A DNA stretch of 64,000 nucleotides, taken from positions 248,001 to 312,000 of the forward strand of contig NW_005201102.1 of assembly GCF_000372725.1 (NCBI RefSeq), written 5' to 3'. Below the pieces are notes generated by a model. The model was not told the origin of the DNA and made no database searches. It worked only from the letters and a program-made list of their open reading frames with translations. This stretch comes from Emiliania huxleyi CCMP1516. Its lineage: Eukaryota. This document shows positions 1-11,886 of this stretch, piece after piece (positions within the stretch are counted from its first letter, which is position 1; each line of letters starts with the position of its first letter). The translations under genes and the position numbers were made by a program.

Positions 1-2
1 TC

Positions 3-1418
3 GTCCAGCAGAACGGCGCCACGCCGCTGCTCATCGCGAGCCAGAACGGCCACCTCGAGTGCGCCCGGCTGCTTCTCGAGGCCAGCGCGGCGGTCGGCCA
101 AGCCAACACCAGAGGCGGCACGCCGCTGATCGCCGCGTGCTTCCAAGGCCACCTCGAGATCGCCAAGCTGCTGCGCGACGCGGGCGCTTTGATCAACCAA
201 GCCAGGGACGACGGCGTCACACCGCTGTTCATTGCGTGCGAGAAAGGCCGCGTCGAGTGCGCCAGGCTCCTTCTCAAGGCGGGTGCGGCGATCGACCAAG
301 CCGATGAGGACGGCACCACGCCGCTGAGCGCTGCGAGCCTGGCTGGCGAGGTCGACTGCGTTCGGCTGATGATCACCGCCGGCGCTGCGGTGAACCAAGC
401 AGATTCTGACGGCCACACGCCGCTGTGCGTCGCGTGCCAGGAGGGGCACATCGAAGTCGCCCGGCTGCTCCTCGAGGCCAGCGCTTCGGTCGACCAAGCT
501 CGCCACGATGGCATCACGCCGCTGTACATGGCGTGCCAGAACGGCCACCTCGAGATCGCCCGGCTGCTCCTCGAGGCCAGCGCTGCAGCCAACCAAGCAA
601 ATTCTAGCGGCTTCAATCCGCTGTTCGTCGCGTGCGGCAGGGGCCACCTCGAGATCGCCCGGCTGCTCCTCGAGGCCGGTGCGGCGGTCGGCCAAGCTGA
701 TGAGGACGGCACCACGCCGCTGTTCAAGGCGTGCGATAAGGGCCACCTCGAGATCGTCCGGCTGCTGCTCGAGGCCAGCGCGGCGGTCAACCAAGCCCAT
801 GTCAGTGGCGCCACGCCGCTGCTCAAGGCGTGCCAGAAGAGCCACGTCGAGATTGTCAAGCTGCTCCTCGAGGCTGGCGCAGTGGTCGACCAAGCCAGCG
901 GCAACGGCGTCACGCCACTGATCATGGCGTGTCACGAGGGCCACCTCGAGGTCGCCAAGCTCCTCTCCTCCTACGGCGCCTCCCGCGCCGCTACGGCCCT
1001 CTGCACGCCCGAGGAGGCCGCAAACAGCGCAGGCCACGCCGACCTCGCCGCCTGGCTGGTCGCCAGCCGCGGCTGGACGCCGCTCGCGCACCTTGAGAGC
1101 CTCACCGCCGCCCGCGCGCTCTCCCTGCTGCGCAGCGGCGCAAGCCTGCACGAGGGCGAGCCGACGCCGCTGCAGCGCGCCGCGGGCGGCGAGGGCGAGG
1201 CGGCGGCGCTGATCCGGCGGGCGGCGGCGCCGTGGTCGCCGGCAAGCCACTCGCTCTTCCCCGCGGCGGCCCGCGCGCGGGCGGCGCTCCTCGTCGTCTC
1301 GCTCTACGAGATCCACGAGCGGTACCACCTCGACTCGGCAGGAGCCACGAACGGCATCGCGGCGCGCGACTTTGTCACGTGCGTGCTGCGCTTCGCGATC
1401 ACGCGCGAGACGGAGTAG
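3..1418 (+). CDS. Ankyrin-repeat protein, 5' end off the window, with a conserved C-terminal domain
   Basis: Frame is open from the window edge. About ten 33-aa G(x)TPL..AC..GH.E..RLLL.AGA repeats. The C-terminal GWTPLAHL...WSPASH.LFP region is nearly identical to that of 23291..24544. Confidence 0.92.
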   Translation, partial: VQQNGATPLLIASQNGHLECARLLLEASAAVGQANTRGGTPLIAACFQGHLEIAKLLRDAGALINQARDDGVTPLFIACEKGRVECARLLLKAGAAIDQADEDGTTPLSAASLAGEVDCVRLMITAGAAVNQADSDGHTPLCVACQEGHIEVARLLLEASASVDQARHDGITPLYMACQNGHLEIARLLLEASAAANQANSSGFNPLFVACGRGHLEIARLLLEAGAAVGQADEDGTTPLFKACDKGHLEIVRLLLEASAAVNQAHVSGATPLLKACQKSHVEIVKLLLEAGAVVDQASGNGVTPLIMACHEGHLEVAKLLSSYGASRAATALCTPEEAANSAGHADLAAWLVASRGWTPLAHLESLTAARALSLLRSGASLHEGEPTPLQRAAGGEGEAAALIRRAAAPWSPASHSLFPAAARARAALLVVSLYEIHERYHLDSAGATNGIAARDFVTCVLRFAITRETE

Positions 1419-2710
1419 GGGAGCACTGTGGTGGCCCTGCTCTCACCTTGGAACCGCCGCGACGGTCCCTCTCCTGTTGTTTAAGATAGTACTCGCAACT
1501 GGATCGGACTGCCGTCTCCGTTTATCTCGCAACGTTCCAACGTAACGTACATTCTGTCGAGATATGGTTGTTTGTGGCCACTAAAGTCTCTGCACCATGC
1601 CATACCCTTTCGCAGGCGGTCCGTTTTCTTTTATGTTTTAAGTGTTGCCCGCCGTCGCAGCGGACCTTCACATTACAAGGTCAGTAGCAGTCGTGACGCG
1701 TGTCAACCCCGCTTCCTCGCCACCACCACCACCATCGGGTCCCGCTGCCCCACCCAGCCGTCGGGGCTCACGTCGGCGACGCCCACCTCTGCCCAGTCGG
1801 CCGAGTAGCGAAAGTGTGAGGTTAGTCAGAGGCTGCGCAGGCCGTCTCGTTTGCATGTTTGAAGAAAAAACGCTGATCCCACAACATGTGCCAAAACGGC
1901 GGCTCCGGCCGCGGCACCTCTCGATGGGTTCCACTTTCTACGCACACCCACACGCACAGGGGCCGAGAGGGGGGGTCTCACGTACATAGATCACATACCG
2001 AGGCAAGATCTCATACCCTCTCACGAGACACAGGCCCTAACCGCAAACACCGGGGAAGGGGCGCTTGGGAGCGGGGGCGGGGGCATGGGCGGGGGCGGGG
2101 GCGGGGGCGGGGGCGCGCGCGCGCGAGGTGTGGGGACGCTGCCGTGCGCGCTGCGCGCGCACCACACACCACACGGAGGGAGAGACGGCGAGGAGGCGGC
2201 GGCGGCGACGGCGGCGGCAGCGCGCGCGCGGCGCGCGCGACGGCGGGGGGGCGGAGCAGCGACCGCTGGCGCGGCCGCTGCTCCGTCTGTGCCAGACACG
2301 CGCGCTCTGCTTGCGCAGAGCGCGACAAGGCAAGGGCAAGCGTGGCGGCGCGGGACGCGCGGCGGCGGCGGCGAGCAGCCGAGCGCTCCGTGCGCGGTGT
2401 CCGGTGAGGCGGCCGGGCGAGGGCGCGGCGGGCGACGGGGCAAGGGATCAGCCCACACCCGGCGTCGCTTTTTGAGCGACGCCTGTGGTACGCCTGCGCA
2501 GGGGCCGCAGGGCGGTCAGTGGTGGGGCGAGGCAGTGCCGGCCGCGGGCCGGGTGCAAGGCGCCGGCCTCGGCGCCGCCTCGGCGCGCCGCACGGGCGCG
2601 GGGCGCCTCTGAGCGGGAGCCGAAGGTTTGCCGCGGTGGTGGGTGGTAGGTGGGGGTGAGTTGACTTTGCCGCAGAGGCCGTCTCTAGCTGTGAACAGCA
2701 AAACGAGACA

Positions 2711-3146
2711 GTATTCCAGCACATGGGTAACGTGGACGGAGGGACTCGGTATCATCCGTAGGCGTCGCATTCTCGCGCAAGGGCCACGCGCTCTCACAGA
2801 CCGAACGTCCTCTCAAGGGAGCACCGGCGAGTCGTTACGACCCATTCGCGGTCATACGGCCGATCTGACCGACGCGGGGAATGGGACCGGCCAATGGGCA
2901 ATGGGGGCACCGCAGCGATGTTCGGGTAGAGGGTACTTGGGCGTGACACGGGGGGTAACGGTTGATCTCCGTGCGATCTCCGAGGGTTCGGCTCCAGGGA
3001 TCCCAGGGTGGCCCGCACTAATCGACCCCTGTTAAGTGACTCGTTCGCTTACCACCCACTGTGATTTTGTGTGAGCTCTGTGTCTTCCTTTGCCAACAAC
3101 ATACATGTGATACTACACCTACCCCCAAGGAGCGGGAACCCACAGT
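2711..3146. repeat. LTR-like direct repeat, copy 1
   Basis: Matches 4156..4484 from CCAGCACATGGGTAACGTGG to CCCCAAGGAGCGGGAACCCACAGT. This copy has about 115 extra bp at ~3005..3117. Confidence 0.8.
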
Positions 3147-3161
3147 GGACGCGGATTCGAT

Positions 3162-3984
3162 ATGCCCACAGTGGTCGCGCTCGAGCGGGGCATGCCAGTC
3201 GATTTCTTCGGCGACTACCTTTACAACAAGGCCCACCACCGGCGGCCCCACGACGGCGTCCTCGCCGCCTGGGCGGACGCGATGCGCGCCCCGGCCAACG
3301 CGCCGGTCGTGCACGGTGACAAGGAGAAACCAGAGCTCACCCGGCAGTACAACGAGGGGTACAAGGTCGACCTCGCGGAACCCCACGCTGGCCCGGGAGG
3401 ATGCGAAGAGGTGAATGAAGTCAAGCTCTGGACGCCCCTCCTCAAGACCTCCTCGGCGGGCGTTGGCAACGCCTCGAGCGGCGGCACGCCCGCCTCCGTT
3501 GGCCACTCCTACGCCTTCGGCAACACCGAAGAGAAGGCCCGCCGCCTAAACATGGGCTGCAAGGCGCGCGGGCAGCCCGGCCAACCCTTCGACCACAAGA
3601 CCGGCCACGGCTACGTCAAGGCGCATCGCGGTTTCTACCACGACGCGATCTTTGTCAAGCGCAACAACTTCAACCTGCTGCTCCACGAGACGTTCGGCGG
3701 CGGCTTCTCGCCCACCGCCGTTCTCAAGCTGCGCCGCCTCGCGCGCAAAGCCGCGCGCGGCAGCGTCGACCGCACGGCCTACTCGCCCAAGTACTCGCTT
3801 TCTTTTATGTCCCACCATGCAGAGCGCATCTCTCTCTCTGTTGTGCGAGGCGTGAACCGCGCCATTCGCTCTCACCTGGCAACCCTGTCTGCACGTCTCG
3901 CGCGCGCGTGAACAGGGCTCCAGGCCCCAAATGACGTGTGAGTGTTAGAGTTGTTTGGTATTGCTAAAAATCTCTCTCTCTCAG
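3162..3984 (+). mobile_element. 5'-truncated CRE-like non-LTR retrotransposon (RLE endonuclease C-terminus, 3' UTR, (TC)n tail)
   Basis: ORF 3162..3911 has D.FGD...HRRPHDGV (degenerate zinc knuckle/RHD), VD..E...EVK and LLHETFGG...LRRLA...ERISLSVVRG, typical of RLE C-termini. It ends in AAAAATCTCTCTCTCTC. Further copies near 11666 and 12061. Confidence 0.7.
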
Positions 3985-4155
3985 CACACTCAGCATACAA
4001 CTTTGGAGCACCACGTCTCGATCTCACCCCTTACCCAAATGGGGTAGCTGCGACAGTTATACTGAGCAGGCGCGCTAGATACAACCATTTCTTTTTTCTG
4101 TTAGATTACAAACATTAATAATGGCTCGGTCACTGATCGGACTCTTCGAGGCAAT

Positions 4156-4484
4156 TGTATCCAGCACATGGGTAACGTGGACGGAGGGACTCGGTATCAA
4201 GATCCGTAGGCGTAGCATTCTCGCGCAAGGGCCACGCGCTCTCACAGACCGAACGTCCTCTCAAGGGAGCACCGGCGAGTCGTTACGACCCATTCGCAAA
4301 GACAGGCGGTCATTGTACGGCCGATCTGACCGACGCGGGGAATGGGACCGGCCAATGGGCAATGGGGGCACCGCAGCGATGTTCGGGTAGAGGGTACTGG
4401 AGGGGGGATACGGGAGCGTGTCACGATCTCCGAAGGTTCGGCTCCGCAGGGATCCCCTACCCCCAAGGAGCGGGAACCCACAGT
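4156..4484. repeat. LTR-like direct repeat, copy 2 (TG...CA ends)
   Basis: Starts TGTATCCAGC, ends GAACCCACA; homologous to 2711..3146. Confidence 0.8.
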
Positions 4485-4501
4485 AGTGGAGCGGTCTGTA
4501 T

Positions 4502-5381
4502 ATGCCAGCGCCTCGCGCAGTCTACCGGCCTCCGGCGGCCCGCAGCGCGGCCACCGCCGCCGGCGGCGGCGGCGGCAAGCAGGACGTGCACGACGCCGAA
4601 CGCTCCGCCAACCGCGCCCGAAAGCTTGCGGCGCTCACCGGTGTCGACCGCGACGAGGCGGCGAGGTCCGCCTCTCCGCAGCGGCGGCCTGGCGACCAGG
4701 AGCAGGCCGGCGAGCCGCCTCGGCCGGCGTCGTCGCCTCCCGATGCCGCGCCTGCTGCTGCGGCGGATGCGCCGGCCACGGCGTCCGATGCTGCCGCATC
4801 GCCAGAGGCGGCAAGTCAGGAGCCGCCGCCACCGGACCAGGCGGCTCCGGCTGCGACGGGAGGCACGGCGGACGGAGTGGGCGGCACGAAGGTCGGCAGC
4901 GGACGCCGCAGCACTCCGCAGCAGACCCGGGCGGCGGCGCGGGCAGAGAGGCCCACCTATGTCCCTCCGGCACGGGCGCGTGCGGCGGCGGCGGCGGCGG
5001 CCGAGGAGGAGAAGCGGCGCTCAGCGCTCGAGGCGGCGCGGCGCGAGGGGGCGGAGCGGCGAGCGAAAGAGCGGGCAGCCGAGGACGAGGCGCGAGGCGC
5101 GGGGGAGGGGGTCGGGCGGGGCGGGCAGGGGCGAGTGGCGCGAGGAGAGGTGGGAAGGGGAGGGGAGGAGAGGAGAGGCCCGGGCCGGCGAGAGACGGGC
5201 GACGGCTGCACGCAACCGCCTCCCTCCAGCACACCGCCACCCCCTCTCCGCCTTCTCCCGCGATCGCACGGGACCCGCCCCCCCCCACACCCACACTCCC
5301 CCCATCACCTGCATCCTCCCCACTCCCCACCGCGCAGGCGCGGGAGGCGCGCCGGCGAGCGCTCGCCGAGAGGAGAGAGAA

Positions 5382-5417
<36 letters not shown>

Positions 5418-6636
5418 AGCGGCGGCCGAGGAGGAGACACGGCTAGCGGCGCTCGAGGCGGCGCGGCGCGAGGGGGCGGAGCGGCGGGCTAAGGAGCGGG
5501 CGGGGGAGGAGTCCAAGCGCGCCGCTGCCCTCGCGCCAGTACCCTACCAAACCCGGTACCCAAACCCAATGACACGGAATAGGCGCGCCGCTGCCCTCGA
5601 GCGCGCGCGAGCGTCGCTGGAGCGGGTGAGCAGTTAGTTAGTACACAGTCGCTGGAGCGGGTGAGCAGTGCTGACCGCTGCTACTGACCTCGCACCCTCT
5701 CTCGCACCCTCTCTCGCACCCTCTCTCGCACCCTCTCTCGCACCCTCTCTCGCACCCTCTCTCGCACCCTCTCTCGCACCCTCTCTCGCACCCTCTCTCG
5801 CACCCTCTCTCGCACCCTCTCTCGCACCCTCTCTCGCACCCTCTCTCGCACCCTCTCTCGCACCCTCTCTCGCACCCTCTCTCGCACCCTCTCTCGCACC
5901 CTCTCTCGCACCCTCTCTCGCGCCCTCTCTCGCACCCTCTCTCGCACCCTCTCTCGCGCCCTCCCCGAGCCCCGCCCTTCTCTCTCCGCAGACGCGCGCC
6001 GAGGCGGCGGAGCACGACAGGCGCAGGGCCGACGCGGCGGCGACAGCCTTCCCTCTCCTGCCCGCCGGGCCGGCGCCGTCGCGCGCGCACGGTGCGGCGA
6101 TGGCGGCGGAGGCGGAGGCGGCGGAGGCGGCGGAGGCGGAGGCGGCTGAGGCGGAGGAGGCGGCGGAGGAGAAGGAGGCGGAGGCGGAGGCGGAGGCGGA
6201 GGCGGAGGCGGAGGCGGAGGCGCAGGTGAGCTTGCCTGCGGCGCCGACTCCTCCGACGCAGCGCGTCAAGCCGAAGCCAATCTCAAACTGCGGGCGCGCC
6301 GGCGGCGGGCGCGGGCGAGGTGCCGAGGAGGAGGGTGCGGAGCTGCCCCTCCCCTCGGGCGGGGTTCCGGCCCGGGCGGCGGCGGCGCCGACTGCGCAAG
6401 GTGCGTGGCTGCGTGGCAGGCCGGGCGGGGGAGGGACGGGCGACGGAGCAGAGGGGCCGGCGGCGCCGCACGAGGCGGTGGTGGCGGAGCCGCACGACCA
6501 AGAGGTGGCGAGCCGCTTCATCACCGCCAGCCTCTCGCTCGGCCGCGAGGATTCGCGGGCGACCCGTGCGGTGGCGCGCGAGAAGCGGCTGCTCGCTGAG
6601 GAGCGGAGGCGGCGAGAGGGGGGCTGCCCTTGGTGA
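4502..6636 (+). CDS. Hypothetical multi-exon Ala/Glu/Arg-rich coiled-coil protein
   Basis: ATG at 4502. Exon-like blocks (AALEAARREGAERRAKE twice) are separated by GC/GT-AG intron-like segments. Stop at 6634-6636. Exon structure approximate. Confidence 0.45.
5688..5962. repeat. 12-bp tandem repeat (CTCGCACCCTCT)n, intronic
   Basis: About 22 nearly perfect units, followed by a pyrimidine tract and CCGCAG acceptor. Confidence 0.95.
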
Positions 6637-6988
6637 CACATGCGCATGCTGAGACATGAGAGAGCATGAGCGTAGGCAGGCCTGGCCTCCCCTGTACTGT
6701 CCTTCTACACACATGCAACGTATTTTAATCGACACAAAAGACTCTCTTGACGAGCGAGTACGAACGTCGACCGCGTCCGGCCTGATGGTGAGGGGCTGAG
6801 CCGCGCTGCGCGCGCGTTTTGGCGGCGCAGGCCGCGGGCGAGGTGGGGGGGATTCGCCCCCGCAAGCCGCATGCGAGTACGTGTCCTGTTGAGAGGGGGG
6901 CTCTGAGGAAGGAGAGGAAGCTTCGAGTGAGCGTTCGAGAGGGGTGTATTGCACAACAGCGAATAGCGCCGGCCGCCTCCCGTGCGCC

Positions 6989-9900
6989 TCACGAGAGGAG
7001 CAGGGAGCGGCGGCGCGTCGGCAGCAGCGGGCTCAGCACGCCCCAGATGTGCTTGAAGTTCAGGCGCCGCTCTTCCCAGGCGTGGATCTCGCCGTTGCCG
7101 CACGGATCGGCGCCGCCGACGCCCTCGAACGGCGCGTCGTGGCAGCCGCGGTTGACGACGCCGGACGCAAAGTCGACGAGGCTGTGGTCGCTCGGGTCCA
7201 TCCCGTTGTCCACCCAGGCCTGGAGGACGTCGAGGTACCTTTCGCCGCGCACGTCGTACGGCTGCACGTCGTTCAGCCAGTAGAAGAGGCCCGAGAACCA
7301 GCGCAGCTCCGGGTACTCGGGCTGGCAGATCGCGCCCGGGTTGGCGCAAAAGTCGACGTCGGGGAAGAGGGCGTCCTTGCCGCGCTGCGCCGCCTTCTTG
7401 CCCGCAAAGTAGTTGAGCTTGCCAAAGTTGCACACGCCGGTCGTCTGGATGGCGCCGCGGCCCCACCAGCAGCACCCCTCCACGTCGGTCCGCGCCTCGC
7501 TGCCGACGTTCAGCTCGGGCAGGGCGGAGTTCTCGCAGCCGCCCGCGCAGCTCTGCCAGGAGCCGGCGCGCTGGTTGTCCTTGTCGAGGCAGCAGGTTCC
7601 GGACAGCAGGCAGTCCTCGCCCGTGCCCTGGTCGACGGAGCCAACCACGTACGACGGGTAGTCGGGCGCGCTGGCCAGCACCTCTGGCGGCACGCTCGCG
7701 GTGGACGCCGCCGGGCCAAAGTGAATACTGCCGCGCGCCATGCTCCCGAACGGCGCCGCCCACTCTTCGGCCTGGTTCCAGCTGGTCCCTTGGGTGGGGC
7801 ACCATCCAGACACGTCCCACTTTGGCGCGTCTCGCACGAGCGACCGTGGCGCGCAGAAGAGGGGCGGCGGCGCGCCGTACCACTGCGCCGACGTCTGCGC
7901 CACCACCACCATCTCGAGGTCGACGGCGCACTGGACCTCCTCGGGCGGGACTGTCTCGCCCGTCTCGGGGTCGAGCACGCCGCCGGCGGGGCAGCTGTAG
8001 CTCTGGTAGCTCTGGCCGAGCTGGCCGCACGCCGCCGAGGCGGGGTAGATCTCGCCCGGCGAGCCGCCCTTGGCGCTCACCATGTCGAGGGCGCTCTGCT
8101 CGCTCCAGTTGTTCTCGTCGCAGGCGTCGTACTGGATCGTCTCCTGCATGGTCTGCGCCAGGAAGGCGGCGAGGTTGGCGAGGCCGACGGCGTACTCGCT
8201 CGAGCCGGCGGCGCCGGAGATGAAGGTGCGCCCCGCCACGCCGCGCGTGGCCATCTTCTCGAGCGCGCCGACCATGTCGGCCCAAAAGTACTGCTCGCTG
8301 TCCTCCCAGCAGGCGCCCGCCGGCGACTCGATGTTGCAGCTCGCCTGCGCCGTCGTCTGGAGCTTGCGGAACGTGTACGCCGTCGTGGAGCGGAGGGCTT
8401 GCACGAGCGCCGAGGCGGCGCCGCCGTCGTTGCCATCGCCGGGCGACGGTGTCGGCGCCGGAGATGGGGAGGGCGATGGCGATGGCGATGGCGATGGCGA
8501 TGGCGAGGGCGAGGGCGAGGGCGAGGGCGAGGGCGAGGGCGAGGGCGACGGCGACGGCGCGGGAGCGGTGCCGCCGGTGAGCTTGCTCAGGTAGCCCTGG
8601 TAGTTGGCCCTGCGCACCGCCGCGCCGGAGCCCGTCCAAGTGCCGGGGTAGGGCGCGCTGCAGCCGCTCTTGATGCAGTTCATCGCCGTGTCGATGCGGT
8701 GGTCCTGAAGGTAGTAGGGCGAGACGCTCATCATCCAGTAGGCGAGCGAGCCCGCCCAGAAGGTCTGGCCGTCGGTGCAGATCGAGTCGGGGTCGGCGCA
8801 GATGTCGATCTCGAGCCCAATCTCACGGAGCAAGGTGTTCGCCTTGGCGTAGTTGCAGTTCCAGGTCAGCTGTAGCGCGCCCTTGCCGTACCAGCAGCTG
8901 TCGCCGCTGTGCGGCCGCCCGTCCCAGTCGACGCACGTCACCTGCCCCGACGTGCCGCACGCGTCGGCGGGTAGCGAGCCCGTCTTGTCGAAGCTGTCCG
9001 CGGTCGGCACCGGCACTTGATAGCACGTCCCCCAGAGGGCGTCGCGGTAGTCCTCCGCGTTGCCGCCCGAGCAGACGCCCTGGCACGGGTTGATGTACTC
9101 CTCGCAGGCCACGAAGTCTGCCGACTCCTGCGCGGCGTTGCCGAGGAAGGCGGCGAGCGTGAGGAGGTTGTTGCCGGCGTCGGCCTCCGCAAGGAAGGGG
9201 ATGGCGGAGAAGCGGCCGTTCCACGCAACGACGACCTCGCAGAGGTCCTCCCACGTCGCTCGGGTCGACCCGAGGAGCAGATCCGTGTCCGGATCGAGCC
9301 CTTGCTCTTGGATGGCCGCGTGGATGCTCAGGCCGCTGCAGGCCGAGGACCCGGGGGAAGACGCGGGGGAGGGGCTGGGAGACGTGGACGGGCTAGGGGA
9401 GGGAGACGGCGACGGCGAGGGGCTGGGAGAGGGAGACGGCGACGGTGAGGGCGAGGGGCTTGGTCCCGGCCCGCCGCCCGGGCACTGCCACTTTGCCGGA
9501 TCGATTGTGCACTGAAAGCACGCGCTCGACCCGCCGGGGCAGCCCGGGCAGACTTCCGACCACGTGCCGCAAACGGCGGGACCGGTCGGCGAGGGCGAGG
9601 GCGACGGCGACGGGGACGGGGATGGGGACGGAGACGGAGACGGGCTCGGCGAGGGCGACGGAGATGGCGAGCTGTCTCCGCCGCCTCCACTCCCGCCGCC
9701 GCACCGGCAGCAATTTTCGCCGATGACGTCGTGGTCGCAGTAGCCGCACATCGTTTCAAAGGGCCACCCGGGGCAGCTCGACTCGCCAAGGGCGGCACAA
9801 GTGGTTGATGCCCAGCCTCCGGTCAGCGGCATGTCAACGCACTGCCCCCCGCCGTTGCCCGCCGGTGGCGGCGAGGGCGGCGAGGGCGGCGGCGGTGGCG

Positions 9901-10406
9901 AGGGCGGCGGCGGCGGAGGGTCGGTCATAGCGCCGGTCGGCGGCTTGGGCGACGGCGGCGGAGGCGAGGGCGACGGTGAGGTCGAGGGCGAGGGCGGCGG
10001 TGAGGGCGACGACGCAGAGAAGGTGCAGCTCGCGATCGAGTCGGCGCCGCCGCAGGCCGAGCATGCACACGAGCACTCGTGCTTGAGCATGCCGCCCGGG
10101 TACTCCGGAGCCTCGGCGTCGCACGTGGGCGTCGCGGTACACGAGGCGCCGCACCAGGCGTCGCACTTTGCCTGGAAGGCGCCGCACGCCTCCCGCTCCA
10201 CCGAGCAGCTCAGCTCTTCAGTCGGGCCGCAGCCGGCGGCGGGGCCTCCGCTGCACTCGGGCGTGGCCCCGCAGTAGACGGTCTCGGCGCACCAAGACTG
10301 CCCGTCGCAGGCACCGCTGCCGTGGGCATCGCAATCGGCCCCAGTGTTGCACGGCACACACTCTCCGCCCCTCCAGTCGTTCCGGCACCAGCCAATGTAG
10401 CCGCCA

Positions 10407-10473
<67 letters not shown>

Positions 10474-11519
10474 TGTCAGCTGGCCCGGGGAGGTCGCAGC
10501 CGACGTCGCCGGTGTAGCTCTCCGGCTTGATCTCGACGTCTGCGCAGTTCCAGAAGGCCTCCGGGTAGGCGTCGTTCGAGTTGCCAGTCTGGTAGTACCT
10601 ACCGGACGGCGCAAGGAAGGTCAAGAGACGGTTCCACCTGGGGAGGGGAGCCTCGGCGACGCACCACTGCAGCGTGCACCGCTCGCACTCGATGCCGGGC
10701 GGGACCTTGAGCACGACGGTGTACAGGCCCGTCGGTGCGCCCGGCTCGCCCACGTTGGACGAGGTCTCAATCACGTAGCGGTCCTTGTTGGCGGCGGGCG
10801 GGCTGCAGGCGCCGCCCCCGTTGCAGCACGAGCCGTGCGGCCACTTTGTGTTTCGCGTGGTGGAGGTCGGGTCGCTGTGTCCGCCAGTCGTGGCGCACTT
10901 GACGCTGCCGTGCACGCCGGCGTAGTTGGTCACCAGATCGAAGTCGACCGTGCTCTCGTCAATCTCGAGGACGTGCTCGTTGAGCATGTCCTGTGTGATG
11001 GGCGAGGCCTCGTCGGCGCCGCCGTCGGCCGGGACCGCCAATCGGAACTCGAACCAGCCCTTGTGGTAGGCGGTGATGTCGATGGTGACCTCCATCGTGC
11101 CTCCGCTCTTGAAGGTGCCACGGGCCTGCAGACGGAGGGCGGGCGTCGTCAGAAAAGGGTGGTGTGTAAAGGTGTGTGGGCGAGGGCGAGCGGCGAGCCT
11201 TGGTCGGGCCAAAGGGCGACCCAGCCGAGAAGCTGTTGGCGAGCGTGCCACCGCAGAGGTCGTGCGAGTTGGGAGCGGCGTGTGCTTCGTTCCTGCCGCC
11301 GCCGCTGAGGGAGGCTGCATTGCCCACACCGGCAGCGTAGGTCGAGCCAGCCATGCCCATCCAACTCGTCCACGTCTGGCCGGCGATGGGCTCGTCGCGA
11401 CGCTGGCGCGGAGCCGGACATGTTAGGTAGCCATGTCCGTGGACGGAGGCGAGCGAAAGGAGGAGGAGCGAGGAGATGCGTGACATCGAGGACAGCGAGG
11501 CCGAGGAGAGGCGTGACAT
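6989..11519 (-). CDS. Secreted AA15-like lytic polysaccharide monooxygenase fused to two GH19 chitinase domains through Gly, Cys-rich and (SP)n linkers
   Basis: Signal peptide (ATG 11519 or 11486) ...LLLLSLASVHG|HGYLTCPAPR; TAYHKGWFEFRL; CERCTLQW-YYQTGNS; EAFWNCADVEI. GH19-1: LAAFLGNAAQES...WYGKGALQLTWNCNY. GH19-2: LAAFLAQTMQET...WWGRGAIQTTGVCNFG. Introns 11126..11198 (GC-AG) and 10599..10664 (GT-AG). Confidence 0.85.
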
Positions 11520-11665
11520 CGAGGACAGCGAAGCCGCCGAGCCCTCACGTGCTTGCTCTTTGGCGATATCCTTTGCGCGCGAACTGTGTCGCGCTCGGAA
11601 TTTGTCTTCATTCCTTCTTTTTTCGATTTGAACGGAGGACGTGCTCGACAGTTCCCACAAGAGTT

Positions 11666-11886
11666 TCGGCTTCTCGCCCACCGCCGTTCTCAAGCTGCGC
11701 CGCCTCGCGCGCAAAGTCGCGCGCGGCAGCGTCGACCGCACGGCCTACTCGCCCAAGTACTCGCTCTCTTTTATGTCCCACCATGCAGAGCGCATCTCTC
11801 TCTCTGTTGTGCGAGGCGTGAACCGCGCCATTCGCTCTCACCTGGCAACCCTGTCTGCACGTCTCGCGCGCGCGTGAACAGGGCTA
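11666..11886 (+). mobile_element. CRE-like element 3' ORF fragment, copy 2
   Basis: Near-identical to 3701..3919 (GFSPTAVLKLRRLARK...LARA*), followed by short AATCTCTCTCTC tracts. Confidence 0.8.

Noticed and set aside
2011..2724. Protein-coding gene
   Set aside because: Low-complexity ORFs in all frames with no recognisable motif.
2830..2915. HDV-like ribozyme (GAATGGGAC)
   Set aside because: No catalytic C in the J4/2 position and no nested pseudoknot found; only a hairpin.
3145..3160. tRNA primer-binding site (TGGACGCGGATTCGA)
   Set aside because: Spacing between CCA and the T-loop complement is too short, and it is not conserved after copy 2.
5688..5962. Regular repeats as a CRISPR array or a (LAPS)n protein
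   Set aside because: No spacers and no cas genes; it is an intronic minisatellite.
6705..8875. Long alternative-frame and antisense ORFs (643-644 aa)
   Set aside because: GC-rich shadow ORFs of the chitinase gene.
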